NCBI RefSeq assembly: GCF_032191835.1
Contig: NC_083223.1
Span: 806,001 to 869,601 of the forward strand
Direction: 5' to 3'
Origin: Heteronotia binoei
Lineage: Eukaryota
DNA length: 63,601 bases
In this document: one piece after another, positions 12,911 through 26,663 of the stretch
Position numbering within the stretch: the first letter of the stretch is position 1
Layout: every line of letters starts with the position of its first letter
The notes under the pieces: generated by a model
The model's database searches: none
What the model saw: the letters and a program-made list of their open reading frames with translations, nothing else
Told to the model about the DNA's origin: nothing
Made by a program: the position numbers and the translations under genes

Positions 12911-14508
12911 CAGTAGAAGAAGTTACGCAGTTTCTGTGTTTAAACGTTTTATACAGGTGTTGCCAAACTGGTCTAAGCATGCAGCAGAGTGAAAGCTTAT
13001 ACAAGATTGTTATTGTTACTGTTATTATTTATCACACTTATCTGTAAAATGCACTTTGCGGTCTGCATTGGGGCTGTGAAGGGGAGAGGGTATTTAACCC
13101 TTCAACCTCCCCTTGGTTTTGCTGTTTGAAACTGGCTCCTCTATCTTGTAATTTGTAAAGGTAGAAGTATCTTTTAAAAGGATGTGTCTTTTTCTCCTTT
13201 CACGTGCTAACAGAGAAGTGGAGCTGCAAGTTTGGAATGCCCTCTCCCTTCTCTGCGTAGCTCAAGTCAAACGAAGACCAGTGTTTGGCTTTAACTGTTA
13301 TTTTATACTGTTTTTAGAATTTTGTGATCCGCCCTGAGCCGGTTTTGGGAAAGGGCTCAATATAAATTGCCTAAATAAAAATAAATAAATAAAAAACCTC
13401 CACCTCCCTACTCAAAGCAGTCAGGCCTGTCCCACCCTTTGGGGATTCTGGCGCTTAATCCCAAGTCCACTCTGCTGTGCACTTAGAGAGCAGAACCGCA
13501 TTTTTTGAAAAAAAAAACCGAGCACAAAATGAAAGTTTCACCACATTCGGCACAAAACGAAAGTTTCACCCTATTCAGCACATGGTTACCTGCTTAACAG
13601 CGGAAAGGTCTGTCAAAACTGCACGTGTGTTCCCTCCCTCGGGGCTGCAGTGAGCAGTGTCTCTTTGATATCCCATTCTATTTTTAATTTTTGTCAGCTG
13701 GATTTTCATCCCAAATATGTGCATTAGTGGTGCTGTCTTTGACAACGTCTCTTCAACTGTCACTTGTTCTGTCGTCCAGAATGCGGAATGATTACCTGCT
13801 TCCCCCCCCCCCTCTAATGGCAGATCTTTTTGCCTGATGATCACCTAACTTCCAAAAGGATGGCTGTGGTTTAGCATTAAATATTAGAAAATTCAGTCGT
13901 ATGGCACAGGTTTTCGCTGACTGATATTGGGGGGTTATAAAATCGGGAATAGGAGGAGACTCAGTTTGGAAGGCAGCTTCCAATAATCACAGCACCAGAG
14001 CCCTGTAAAAGAAAGAAAATGTCTTCGGGATGGATCTAAACATCCTTCAAGGAATCTTCCGCCAGCCTAAGGGGTCTTCCTCCAGTGGAAGCCAGCAAAA
14101 GGCTCTTCAGGCTGTGGGAAGGCTTCAGACTTAGCTCGTCTGAGTTTTAGGGACAGGGAAGGATCCAGCCCTCTGTGAGGCAATAAGTTTAAGCTCCATT
14201 GGCCCTCCCTTTACTTGCTGCACAAACTCTCTTGCAGACTCCTAGCAGGTAATGTGTGGATTGCGTTTTATTGTCCTCCTGTTCAGAAAGAACCAATAAA
14301 GCTACCCCTGTTGTAAGACATATTCTGTGTTGTCATTCCACTGTGAGATATTGAGGAAGTGGTGGTAAATGCTATCTTTTAATGGTCATGTTGGGTCAGT
14401 CTTGGTGTAGTTAAATGTGCATGCGAATTGGGAATGTTTTTGAATAAGTCGTAGATTTTGTAACTGTAATGAAGGATTAAAATGATGGTGGAGCAGGCCA
14501 CCGTCAGC

Positions 14509-14745
14509 AGACCAGCAGCAGCCCACGAGCGCTCAAGCTCTTGTGGGACGTGGTCCTTTGTGATTCGTGGGATGGAGGGACTCTCTAGTTAACAGACCAG
14601 CAGCAGCCCACGAGTGCTCAAGCTCTTGTGGGACGTGGTCCTTTGTGATTCGTGGGATGGAGGGACTCTCTAGTTAACAGACCAGCAGCAGCCCACGAGT
14701 GCTCAAGCTCTTGTGGGACGTGGTCCTTTGTGATTCGTGGGACGG
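14509..14745. repeat. 85-bp minisatellite, about 2.8 copies
   Basis: Units start at 14509, 14594 and 14679 and are nearly identical. Confidence 0.92.
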
Positions 14746-15404
14746 AACAACCCTCTTCCCTGCATGGTCCCCAGGCATGAGCCGGTAGTTAGTGGAGATG
14801 CCTGAAATTTGTCTCATCTGTCCAAGCCCTCAATTGTTCCTTCAGATAGTTTCTTTAGTTAGGAGAGAACTTAGCACTAGCTGTAAAGCTTTGCCCAGAA
14901 TCTACCACAAAACTTCTTCAGTAAATGCAAAAGAAGCTTTTAATGGAGAATCAGGTAGCAAACACTTGTAGCAGGCGCACACAAGATACTTATCTTGCCA
15001 GATGGACAATAAGTGAAAGTTACAGTCCAATTATAGGTTACAGGTTAACGGCTCATCATTTCTCCCGCCCAAAAGTCTTTGAATTACTTCCCAGACTGTG
15101 GTGTTGCTTTTCTCCAAAGTCACATTCCAGCTTTGCAGCCATCTTCCGTTGGTAGCTATCTTCCGTTACCCAGAAGACAAGATTAGGCCTTAGATTCCCA
15201 CAATGATCTCTCCTCCACTGTGGCCTTATTTGTTACCAACACTGTTCTACATAAAAGCATTTAATGAGTATCTATGAAGGTTAGTAAAAATTGATATTAT
15301 AATACATAGATTAATACAGGCATCGATACATGTGTATAACAATATATGAATACATAAAACAATATAGTTATGAATATATGAATATGCTTTGGACAATATG
15401 CTTA

Positions 15405-15750
15405 GGGGAGGGATGGTGGCTCAGTGGTAGAGCATCTGCTTGGGAAGCAGAAGGTCCCAGGTTCAATCCCCGGCATCTCCAACTAAAAGTGTCCTGGCAA
15501 ATAGGTGTGAAAAACCTCAGCGTGAGACCCTGGAGAGCCATGAATGGGGCTGTGGCTCAGTGGTAGAGCATCTGCTTGGTAAGCAGAAGGTCCCAGGTTC
15601 AATCCCTGGCATCTCCAAAAAAGGGTCCAGGCAAATAGGTGTGAAAAACCTCAGCTTGAGACCTTGGAGAGCCGCTGCCAGTCTGAGAAGACAATACTGA
15701 CTTTGATGGACCGAGGGTCTGATTCAGTAGAAGGCAGCTTCATATGTTCA
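15405..15750 (+). mobile_element. Dimeric tRNA-derived SINE with a CR1-like 3' tail
   Basis: Two heads with A box TGGCTCAGTGG and B box GGTTCAATCC; tail ...gatggaccgagggtctgattcag...catatgttca. Confidence 0.8.
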
Positions 15751-15944
15751 ATTGACCACTCAGCAGCAGTGACAATACTACTAGGAAAATCAATAGACTG
15801 TTTCTGGGCCACAAATTTAAAACAAATCCTTGTCAGGGACTGGCACCTGATACCAGTCCCAGTAAATCTGTCTGATATGGCTTGTACATAACCTCTCACT
15901 TCTTATCCATCAGTCATGAAATTCCTGAGAGAACTGGAACAAGG

Positions 15945-16056
15945 ATAGCAATGAAGCTCCTGTGAATTTAGGGGTAGGCATTTGTGAGTTTCCTGCATTG
16001 ACAGGGGGTTGGACTAGATGACCCTAGAGGTCCCTTTCAACTCTATGATTCTATGA
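15945..16056 (+). mobile_element. CR1 3' tail fragment
   Basis: ggttggactagatgaccctagaggtcccttt...ctatgattctatga. Confidence 0.85.
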
Positions 16057-18450
16057 AGGATAGTTCCCAGGCTGCCATTGTGGAGGCTGAAGGTCCTTCC
16101 ACATCCCATTCAAGGGCTCCCTAAAAAGAGTGTTCACTTAGGACAGTGTTCTTTGAGGCAGTGTCCTTGGGGCTTTGGAGTTTCAGCAATTGCATAAGAA
16201 AAATGTTTGCATTCTCCATCAAGATAAGACAATCCTCAGTACAAGACTCAAGCACTGAGTCAACTCTACTTTCTAGAGATCTCAAAATCCTGTCCTGTCT
16301 CCTTTGTGTTCAGAACACATGCATGCTAGAAACAACGTGGTACACACTTGATGTCTGAAGGGACTTGTGTTTTTAGAACCATCCCAAAACCTGTATCAGA
16401 AAAACAGAGCTCTATGCCCTTGAAGGGGTTTCCCACGGGGCAGAAGATATCCCCCGAATCCACTATATCTGAAGGATTACATTTTTAGTTGCATTCACAA
16501 AGCTACGTAAACCAGCTCATCACTAGGTCAGTCTTGTCTATTCAGCTCAGCACTGGCTTTCCAGGATCTCAAAGGCAGGAGTCATTCCAAGGCATCTACT
16601 ACTAACTGATCCTTTTTAATGGGAGATCTTGGGGGTTGAACCTGGGAATTCCTGCATGCCAAGCAAATATTCTGTCAGCTCCTTCTCTACATTCTCAGCA
16701 TTGTCCAAGGGGATCAGCACCCTTGGGGACCTTTCACAACACCCCTAAAAAACAGCAGAATCCCTTGATAGCGAGGTGAAGCAGTGCCGCAGAACGAGGG
16801 GGGAGCACTTTGTCATTGCAGCTCCCCCCACTTTGTATTTTTAATTTTAAAATATAGTTCTTTTAATTGCTTTTTAAGGAGCTTGTAAGCATCTCGTTGG
16901 TAGAAAGCCAGGGTCTAAATACTGGAAATAAACCATGCGAGATAGTGTTGGTGGGATTTGTACAGCCGTCGTGGCCTTTCTCAGCATGGGGAATGGACGT
17001 TTAGGCCTGTGCGGACGCGGTTCTTTAGCAGGAAAGTGCTGTTAAAAATGTTGCCCTGATAGAACTCTGCCCCACCCAGAATAGCAGTGTTCTTGGTCAC
17101 CCCAAGGAAAGGGCTCTTCTCCTTCTGCTGGGGGGGGGGGGGACTTGCCCTGAAAATTTCATCCTTCGTGGTGGTCCTAGCATTGGAGAACTGTTTGTTT
17201 CACCTGAGTTCCAAGGCTGAGGTGTTTCACATTGGTAGTATCCGTGAGGTTTAGGGACTCCTTCTGGCCTTTTTCATGTTCTGTTGTTTTCTATGGCCTG
17301 TTGTTTTCTATGGCCTTTCTGATTCGGATACGCCTAATATTGTTAATCATTGACTTTTTAAGAGTTTAGAGTTTTTGGCCTGCTTTGCATGCATTTTGGG
17401 AACGAGGGAGAGAAGGAGACCAGTATACGGTTCAAGCAGGCATTCAATACAATAGAACAAAGCACGAGTCGTGACACCTTTAAGACCAACCAATTTTTAT
17501 TTAGAACGTAAGCTTTCATACAATAGTAATTGTACAATACAATACAGTAGTAACAATAGTAAAAATTCAAATTTAAGAACTTTTAAGGTACAGCTCCCAT
17601 AATTTGAGAACTAATACACAACTTCACTTGTGATCTTAGAATTATTATCTTAGAATTATGATCTTAGAATTATTATCAGATTAATTATTATCAGCAACTT
17701 CACTTGTGATCTTAGAATTATTATCAGATTAAAAACCCCTGAAGCCTTATTTTGTTTGTGTTTAGGTAGCCAGAAGCCGTATCAAGTCTGTTAGCTTAGG
17801 GAGTCTCATGGAATCTTCCTCGAAGTATTGCAGATGGTAGCACATTGAGCCTAGCTTGCAAACAGGATCTGCATTGCCATTTCAAAATCGTCAAAACCAA
17901 CCAAGTTCTTCAATAGGACCAAGTTCAAATTAGCCTCTCACTGCCTCCTGTAAGTGGTACACAGAAGAAGACACACCTGCTAAGCCTCCAAGTTGGCTTC
18001 TGGGATGCAGGCTAATATTCACCCTGTTCAGGTGACCCGTTCACAGACTATGTGGGAGGGACAACAGAGAAGAACATGCGGCTCCCCTCCCCAAAACCCC
18101 CCTGTGATTTTCAGTTCTAGAGCACAGCTTTTACATGTAGAGGAAAGTCTGTATATACGCTCCTGTCTCATGATCTTTCAACATTTGGAAATCATCAACA
18201 TCTCTGACCATGGGAAAGGCACATGTGGGTGAGTTGGTCATGAGACAGTGATTGTGTAGAGACAGGGGTGGCACCATTATGTAGACGGGTAATCTGTACA
18301 GAGCTCGAGTCGAAACCCAGCTGGGGTACAATGTCCCTTTCATGACTCTGTTGGCCACAGATGTGTTTCCAGAATTCCTCCAAAGGTGAGGATTCTCAAA
18401 CATCTTATATGGTGACAATCAATGACTGTCCTTATTTTTGGGTCTCTTAG

Positions 18451-19223
<773 letters not shown>

Positions 19224-19845
19224 CGCTCTCTGGGAGTTTGTAGTTCTGAGGATTTTAGTGAGCGTGGAATTAAAAATATGTTTTAGAACCCAAAGGTCTT
19301 TTTAGACTCCCTTGAAATGACTAATTGCCAAAAAAAAAAATCATGCTTGTGAAGATATATCTTAATGGACGTGGTTGGCCTGATGATTATGGACTAATTC
19401 CAGTTATTAATCTCTTAATCCAGAAGTGACTCACAGGCGGTGCAAGTCTTCAAAGCGAATGCTTGGTGCCTGGGGGGAGGGAGGGCTCTTGGTAGGGGTC
19501 TCGGGGGGGGGGCCTCAGTGCTGAAGAGGCTGGGAGAGCCAGGGGCTTAGCCCCGATGTCTGCAGAACGATTGTCATTCACTCACAGGGAAGAGAGTGAA
19601 ATCGCTGCACTTGGGGAAGTTCTGCAGTGAAGTTGTGTAGTGAGGTCGACTCCTAATGTTGGCTGCTCAGCCCCTGTGTATTGGAGCGCCATCTCTGTTG
19701 TCGGAACGGGTTCCTTCCTAGTCCCAAGTTCTAGGCCAAGTGCACGTGTCTGAGACCTCCCTCCCCCAGTGACTGCATAGGAGACTGCATAGGGAGCAGG
19801 AGAGAGGCAACGCACAGCATTGAGCCCTCGCTAATCCCTCTAGGC

Positions 19846-20805
19846 CAGGGGTGTCAAACTCATTTGTTATGAGGGCCGGATCTGACATAAAGGAGACCTT
19901 GTCGAGCCGAGTCATGTTGGGTTGGGTTGGGCCGGGCCTTGTGTGTACCTCTTTAAGCTTAGGTAGCAGAGATTTAAACTTTATAAAGGACAAACACAAA
20001 TAAGGGTTTTTTAAAAAAAACTTAAACTAAAACATGATTAAAACATTAGCACTTGTTGGTCTTAGTGCTTTCTTTGTACCTCTCCCATGGGATCCAGGGA
20101 ACTGGGCAAAGGAAGCTCTGGCTCTTTCCTTCCTTCGCCAGGGGACCAGGAGGGAGAGGAGCCTCAGCCAATAGAAGGAAGAGAGGCTTGGCTCAGTAGC
20201 TCTGCTGTGCAATTGAGAGAGCCCCCCTTCCTCTCCAAGAGAGGAACCTCGGCCAATAGAAGGAAGAGAGGCTTGGCTCAGTAGCTCTGCTGTGCAATTG
20301 AGAGAGCCCCCCTTCCTCTCCAAGAGAGGAGCCTCAGCCAATAGAAGGAAGAGAGGCTTGGCTCAGTAGCTCTGCTGTGCAATTGAGAGAGCCCCCTTCC
20401 TCTCCAAGAGAGGAGCCTCGGCCAATAGAAGGAAGAGAGGCTTGGCTCAGTAGCTCTGCTGTGCAATTGAGAGAGCCCCCTTCCTCTCCAAGAGAGGAGC
20501 CTCGGCCAATAGAAGGAAGAGAGGCTTGGCTCAGTAGCTCTGCTGTGCAATTGAGAGAGCCCCCTTCCTCTCCAAGAGAGGAGCCTCGGCCAATAGAAGG
20601 AAGAGAGGCTTGGCTCAGTAGCTCTGCTGTGCAATTGAGAGAGCCCCCTTCCTCTCCAAGAGAGGAGCCTCAGCCAATAGAAGGAAGAGAGGCTTGGCTC
20701 AGTAGCTCTGCTGTGCAATTGAAAGAGCCCCTTTCCTCTCCAAAAGAGGAGCCTCAGCCAATGCCTTGGGCACCGGAGGGGGGAAGCCCAGTTTGGCACC
20801 CCCTG
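19846..20805. mobile_element. MITE family A with an internal 84-bp tandem array (20159-20762)
   Basis: Left TIR CAGGGGTGTCAA; 7 full units plus one partial unit. Confidence 0.85.
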
Positions 20806-21000
20806 CCTCTCACACCCTAGGCAACTGCCTAGTTTGCCCTGTGTGCCCCTGAAAGTCTGGTGGAATAAAATGTTGTTAGCCTTCCAGGTGCCACCAGACT
20901 CCGATTCATTTTGAAGCAGCAGCTTCAGCTGTTGAGGAAGTAGAACTTTCCTGCTGACCGAGTGGATTGTTTGGCCAGACATCACAGCCTCTGAAGAGAG

Positions 21001-21286
21001 GAGAAGAAGAAGAAAAGACTGGAGATTTATACCCCACCCTTCTCTCTGAATCAGAGTCTCAGAGGGGCTCACAATCTCCTTCTTCCTCCTCCCCCACAAC
21101 AGATATCCTGTGAGGTGGGTGGGGCTGAGAGAGCTCTCCCAGAAGCTGCCCTTTCAAGGACAACTCCTGCCAGAGCTCTGGCTGACCCAAGGCCATTCCA
21201 GCAGGTGCAAGTGGAGGAGTGGGGAATCAAACCTGGTTCTCCCAGATAAGAGTCCGCACACTTCACCACTACACCAAACTGGCTCC
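21001..21286 (-). mobile_element. CORE-type SINE, single copy
   Basis: Full-length match to the other copies. Confidence 0.88.
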
Positions 21287-21469
21287 CAGACGCCCAAAGA
21301 GGTAGTCCACGTAGCTCTTGCTGCCTTTGCACCGAGTGCGTTGTGCAGAGAATCAACAGTCTGTCTTCCCACCTCTTCAGAGTATACTGTGGCTTTCCAT
21401 GCCCTGCTTTTCTGCTTAAGAGGTGGGCCGTGTCTGACAAGTTTAAATATAGAGCCTTTGTAGAAATGA

Positions 21470-21808
<339 letters not shown>

Positions 21809-22478
21809 TAGCATAACTAATTAGCATATGATGCCCCCCCACCAGCCAAAAGCAACCCAATGCAAGAAAAAAGAGCCCCAGGCAAGTGAAGCCTGCTTGG
21901 GCTGGCTAGAGATCCAGCCAGCCCACGCAGGCCTTGCTCACCTGGAGCTTTCCTTGGCCACCCCCCACCCAACAGTCAAAAGGCCAGCAAGCCACCCACC
22001 ATCCAAGTCACATAAGAAGTGGAGAAGGGGTGGACTTCTCCAGGGGTTAATGAGGGCTGCTGGAGGTGTGGCAAAACCCCTGGAGACTGGCTAGCTGCCC
22101 GCTCTCCTCATCCAGGGATTGTTATGCAGCTGCACCTACTATTCAATGGACAAGGTAGGTGGGGAGGAGGGGAAACCCTCAGAAAGGTTCAGGAACTGCG
22201 CTTCTGAGAGCTCCTACTGAATCTGAGGCCTGCTCTTCACAAATAAGAAACCTGACATACACCTCAGTCTCCAATTCTGACATGTTTATTGTCTTTGCTG
22301 TTCCTCCCCCTCCCTGTTGAACCCAAATGGCCATCGGGTTGTGTACTGGGGTCATCTCTGCTTCTGCTGAAGTTGTGTTTATTGTGTCCACACGGATAAA
22401 TATTGTACACCAGTTTCTTGATCTCTGCACCGCCTTGGTTTCTGGGTTTCTCATTTTGGGATTCTTTATTTCTTGCAG

Positions 22479-22629
22479 AGCGACATCGCTGATGTTCCCA
22501 ACGACACTTCGAAGAATGATAAGAAAGGGAAAGCGAACAATCCCAAGGCAAATGTCACTCCTCAAACTAGCTCAGAACTTAGACAAAATGCCACTTCTGG
22601 TGTTGGGCCCGGGGTGGAAGTTAAGAAAG
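22479..22629 (+). CDS. PLCB4: PLCB4 exon: [50 protein letters not shown](G)
   Basis: Acceptor ttgcag, donor gtaaga. Confidence 0.95.
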
Positions 22630-22852
22630 GTAAGAAATCTGAGAGATCCCAACGGTTTCTTTCCTCCTTCACAACCACAGTGAACAAGGACTGATGTATC
22701 TATTGGAGCCTCAGTTTAAAACTCCCCTTTTAGGCTTCCTTACAGAAATCCACATAAGTTTGTCAGAGGATGCTGGTAGCTCACTAAAAAAACCCTGAAA
22801 GTGCAGATGGTCTTTGCTACACTCGTTTATTATTATTCTTTTTCCCCCCTAG

Positions 22853-22902
22853 GGATTGACCTGATCCCACAAGTCAGGTTAGAAGACCTAAAGCAAACAA
22901 AG
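22853..22902 (+). CDS. PLCB4: PLCB4 exon: (G)IDLIPQVRLEDLKQTK
   Basis: Strong pyrimidine tract with cctag acceptor; donor gtaagc. Confidence 0.95.
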
Positions 22903-23057
22903 GTAAGCACTCAAAGACTTAGTAAGAGATAAAACTTTCTAAAACTTTAAAAATCCTTAATTAAAAGCAGGAGCTTTCCTTGGATGCATCTCCCCAAACC
23001 GGAAGCCCTCCAAAACCTTTGTAGCCTCTTTCTAAACTGGGAGCATCAACTGCTTGT

Positions 23058-23720
23058 TAAGAACCTAAGAGAAGCCATGTTGGATCAGGCCAGTGGTCCA
23101 TCCAGTCCAACACTCTGTGTCACACAGTGGCCAAAAAACACCAGGTGCCATCAGGAGGTCCACCAGTGGGGCCAGAACCGCAGAAGCCCTCCCACTGTTG
23201 CCCCTCCCAAGCACCAAGAAGACAGAGGATCCCTGCCCCAGACAGGGAGTTCCAACAATACGCTGTGGCTAATAGCCACTGATGGACCTCTGCTCCATAT
23301 GCTTATCCAATCCCCTCCTGAAGTCAGCTATGCTTGTAGCCGCCACCACCTCCTGTGGCAGTGAATTCCATGTGTTAATCACCCTTTGGGTGAAGAAGGA
23401 CTTCCTGTTATCCATTCTAACCTGACTGCTCAGCAATTTCATTGAGTGCCCAAGAGTTCTTGTAGTGTGAGAAAAGGAGAAAAGTACTTCTTTCTCTGCC
23501 TTCTCTATCCCAAGCATAATCTTGTAAACCTCTCTCATGTCCCCCCTCAGTTAACATTTCTCCAAGCTAAAGAGCCCCAAGCGTTTTAACCTTTCTTCAT
23601 AGGGTAATTGTTCCAACCCTTGAATTTTTCTAGTCGCCCTTTTCTGCACCTTTTCCAAAGCTATAATGTCTTTCTTGAGGTGTGGTAACCAGAATTGTAC
23701 ACAGTACTCCAAATGAGGCC
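23058..23720 (-). mobile_element. CR1 LINE 3' fragment
   Basis: ORF2 C-terminal peptides [25 protein letters not shown] and FFTQRVINTWNSLPQEVV plus 3' UTR. Confidence 0.92.
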
Positions 23721-24078
23721 ACAAGAATGAAATTGAAATTTCATTTGTTGGATGCAAAATGAAATGGAAATTTAATGTGGCCCATTGGCATTCCTGTGCC
23801 CCCAAATTCACGATTCTTTAATTGGGAGCTTGCATTTTCCCTCCTTTTCAGGCACCCAGCAGACAGCAGGAAGCCAGTGGCGTGGAGTTCCACAAGGAAT
23901 TCCCACACGGGGGACTTCTTTGCCCCAGCTTGGGTGAACTGGTGTGTGTAATTGGTGTGTGTAATGTGTATTTCTCCCAAGACAGGGTGAGCAAGGATTC
24001 CTCCTCAGGGTGCTTATGGAACTGAGCATAGGAAACGGAAATTAATAAGTTTGTTTTGTTTTATTTGGGGGGGGACAG

Positions 24079-24144
24079 GCCTATATAAAGCATATGAAAA
24101 AGCAGCAAAAAGAACTGAATGCTTTAAAGAAGAGGCATGGAAAG
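24079..24144 (+). CDS. PLCB4: PLCB4 exon: AYIKHMKKQQKELNALKKRHGK
   Basis: Acceptor ggggacag, donor gtatga; matches the start of the distal CTD coiled coil. Confidence 0.94.
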
Positions 24145-24387
24145 GTATGATGGTTTTTTAAAATGATTTTCATGTTGGGGGGCTTTCCTTTTTTCATGGG
24201 GATGAGGGATCAGTGAGGGGGGAAATGTTGTGATCAGAGACAAAATGATGGAGCACAGTTGCTAGGTATCACTGCAATTCACCTTGTGCCTTCAATATTT
24301 ATTTATCGAATTATACACATTTATATGCAGTTATCAAGTTTATAAAATTTGTACCCCACTTTTCATCATCTCCCAAAGTGTCATAAG

Positions 24388-25005
24388 CAGGGGTCATTCC
24401 GTAGAAAAAGAGGTGCCGGAGCTCAGTAACACAGCTCATTTGCATAACTCATTTGCATATACCACACACACACCCTGACACCACCGGAAGGTGGACTCAA
24501 TTATATCAGCTCAACAGCTACCTTAAAAAGGCTTCTGGAATTATAATTGTCATCATAAAACCTTACTCCCATCCAGTGTTCCCTCTATGGTGAGTTAGAG
24601 TCAGCTAGCTCAGTTTTTGAGCATCTGGCTCACACCTTTTTGTCTTAGCTCAGGAAAAATGGCCCCAGAGCAAACTAATTTCTGCAGGAGCTCACTCTAC
24701 AGCTTAGAGGGAACATTGCTTCTATCATACTTTTAAAATGACTTTCTCCTGTGTGGCCGCAGTGGCAGAATGAAGGTTTCCATCTCTCTGCTTGATAAGT
24801 TTTGGTTCTTTTCCCAGTTTTTTTTTTGGGGGGGGGAGAAAGGTTGTAAAATCTTAAGAGTTCAGCAAAATTCTCACAGGGGGTTTGAACGATGGAATCC
24901 AGAAGCAAGTATTTGGAGGGGGGGGGGAGAGAGAAAGAAAGAGCACAATAACATTTAGAGGTTCCAGAACTCCACTCCTGTGAGCTCCTGCAAAAACGAG
25001 GCCTG
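24388..25005. mobile_element. MITE family C with a nested family D MITE (24574-24718)
   Basis: Outer TSD GTCATAAG/GTCATAGG; inner TIR CAGTGTTCCCTCT/AGAGGGAACATTG with TSD CTCCCATC/CTTCTATC. Confidence 0.8.
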
Positions 25006-25957
25006 GTCATAGGTAAATACAGAGACAGGTACGATGGTTTTTTTAAAAAATGAGTTTCATGTTGGGGTGCTTTCATTTTATCCTTTTTTTTGTAGGGTGG
25101 GAAGAAGGGATCAGAGATGGGGGGAAATGTGATGAGGGACAAAATGATGGAACACAGTTACTTGGTATCACTGCAATTCAGCCTGTGCCTCGAATATTTA
25201 TTTATCAAGTTATACAGATTTATGCGCATTCATCTTCTCCAGTTTAATTCTGGGTATCAGGCCTTCCACCCTGAGCTCCTCCCCACAAAAAAAGCTAGTG
25301 GACAAACATGATAACAGTTGTGCTTTTGGACAGTCTCTCTGGTTTTGCTGCCCGTGACTCTCAGTTAAACAGTAAAAGTCATGTAAAGAGAAACGTGTCA
25401 CAATCACGTCATCATCAAGAAACATGCCCACGAAAGCTTCGACCCAGAATTAAACGTCGTTGGTCTTCAGGGTGCCTGAATGGACTCAAACTTGGTTTTA
25501 TTGCTTCAGACCGACATGGCTGCCCCACCCGAGTCCATCTTCTGAGAGGAACGGCATCATCGCCCATCCGCCCCTCCCCTTTTTTCCAATTTCTAGTCCA
25601 AATAGATCTCCCATAATGAAATGAAATGGACAGTTTGCTAATGCTGTCTGGATAAACTTTTCTTTCAAATCCCTCTGAAATCGGAATGTGTGAGCTTTCA
25701 TCTCGGAGTGAGTCACAGAGAATTGTTTTCCAGTTGTGTCATTAAAGTATTTCGGAAACCAGGTTAATTTTTTTTTTTAATGGCAGAACTTCAAAGCATT
25801 TGCTTTGAATCTGCCTCCTAACCTTCAGTCTGCTTAATGCTGAAGACAATGTGAAATTCTCCTGTTAGATTTTTGCCAGAGACTTGGAAGGTTAAAAAAT
25901 AGGTGTAACGTCAAAGCTGCAGTGTGATGGGAGACCTATAAAGGCATTTGGAATAAG

Positions 25958-26155
25958 CAGGGCTTCTTTTGAGCAGGAACACACAGGAGCACAGTTCTGG
26001 CTGGCTGGGCAGCAGGGGGTGTGGCCCGATATGCAAATGAGTTCCCCCTGGGATTTTCCTACAAACAAGCCCCATGCGAAGCAATGGTGCATCAGAGGGT
26101 GTGGCCTAATATGCAAATGAGTTCCTGCTGGGCTTTTTCTATTAAAATAACCTCG
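25958..26155. mobile_element. MITE related to family B
   Basis: Perfect 8-bp TSD GGAATAAG; related copy at about 43115-43306. Confidence 0.8.
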
Positions 26156-26663
26156 GGAATAAGTAGAATTCAAATAAAGTGTCTGGGGCAGCAGCTCTCC
26201 TGTATCTCAGACATAGCTCTTCCACATCCTTTCCTGGGTGATTTATTTGGTGGGAAATGCTAGGGATTAAACCAGGGGTATTCTGCACGCAAAATCAAGG
26301 CCCTGTCCTAAACCTTCAGCCTGGAACACTGAGAAGAGCGACAGAGACTCACTGGAACTGCATAGCTGAAAGTGACATCATTACATCACAAGAAACTCTA
26401 CAGTTTCCCTGGCACTCTATGGTAAAAACCATGGTGTTTCAGGAAATCCTAGAGCGCTCTGTAATGTGATTTGATTAGACTTTTATCCTGGTCTTCCCAC
26501 AAATGGGCTCGGGCAGGTTGCACTCATAGTTGTAAGACAGAAAAACAATTTAAAAACAGTTTAAAAGATTCAACTAAGACAGTGCCTGTACCTAATATCA
26601 CACTGCCTGAGGTTGTTTTTACAAAATTGATGTGGGGGGGGGGGGAGGAGGAGGAAGAGAAAG

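Noticed and set aside
15405-15620. tRNA genes
   Set aside because: A and B boxes are present, but there is no complete cloverleaf and the sequence runs into a SINE body and tail.
20278-21099. 273-aa repeat ORF as a second repeat protein
   Set aside because: It is the translation of the 84-bp array inside a MITE running into a SINE; open only because 84 is divisible by 3.
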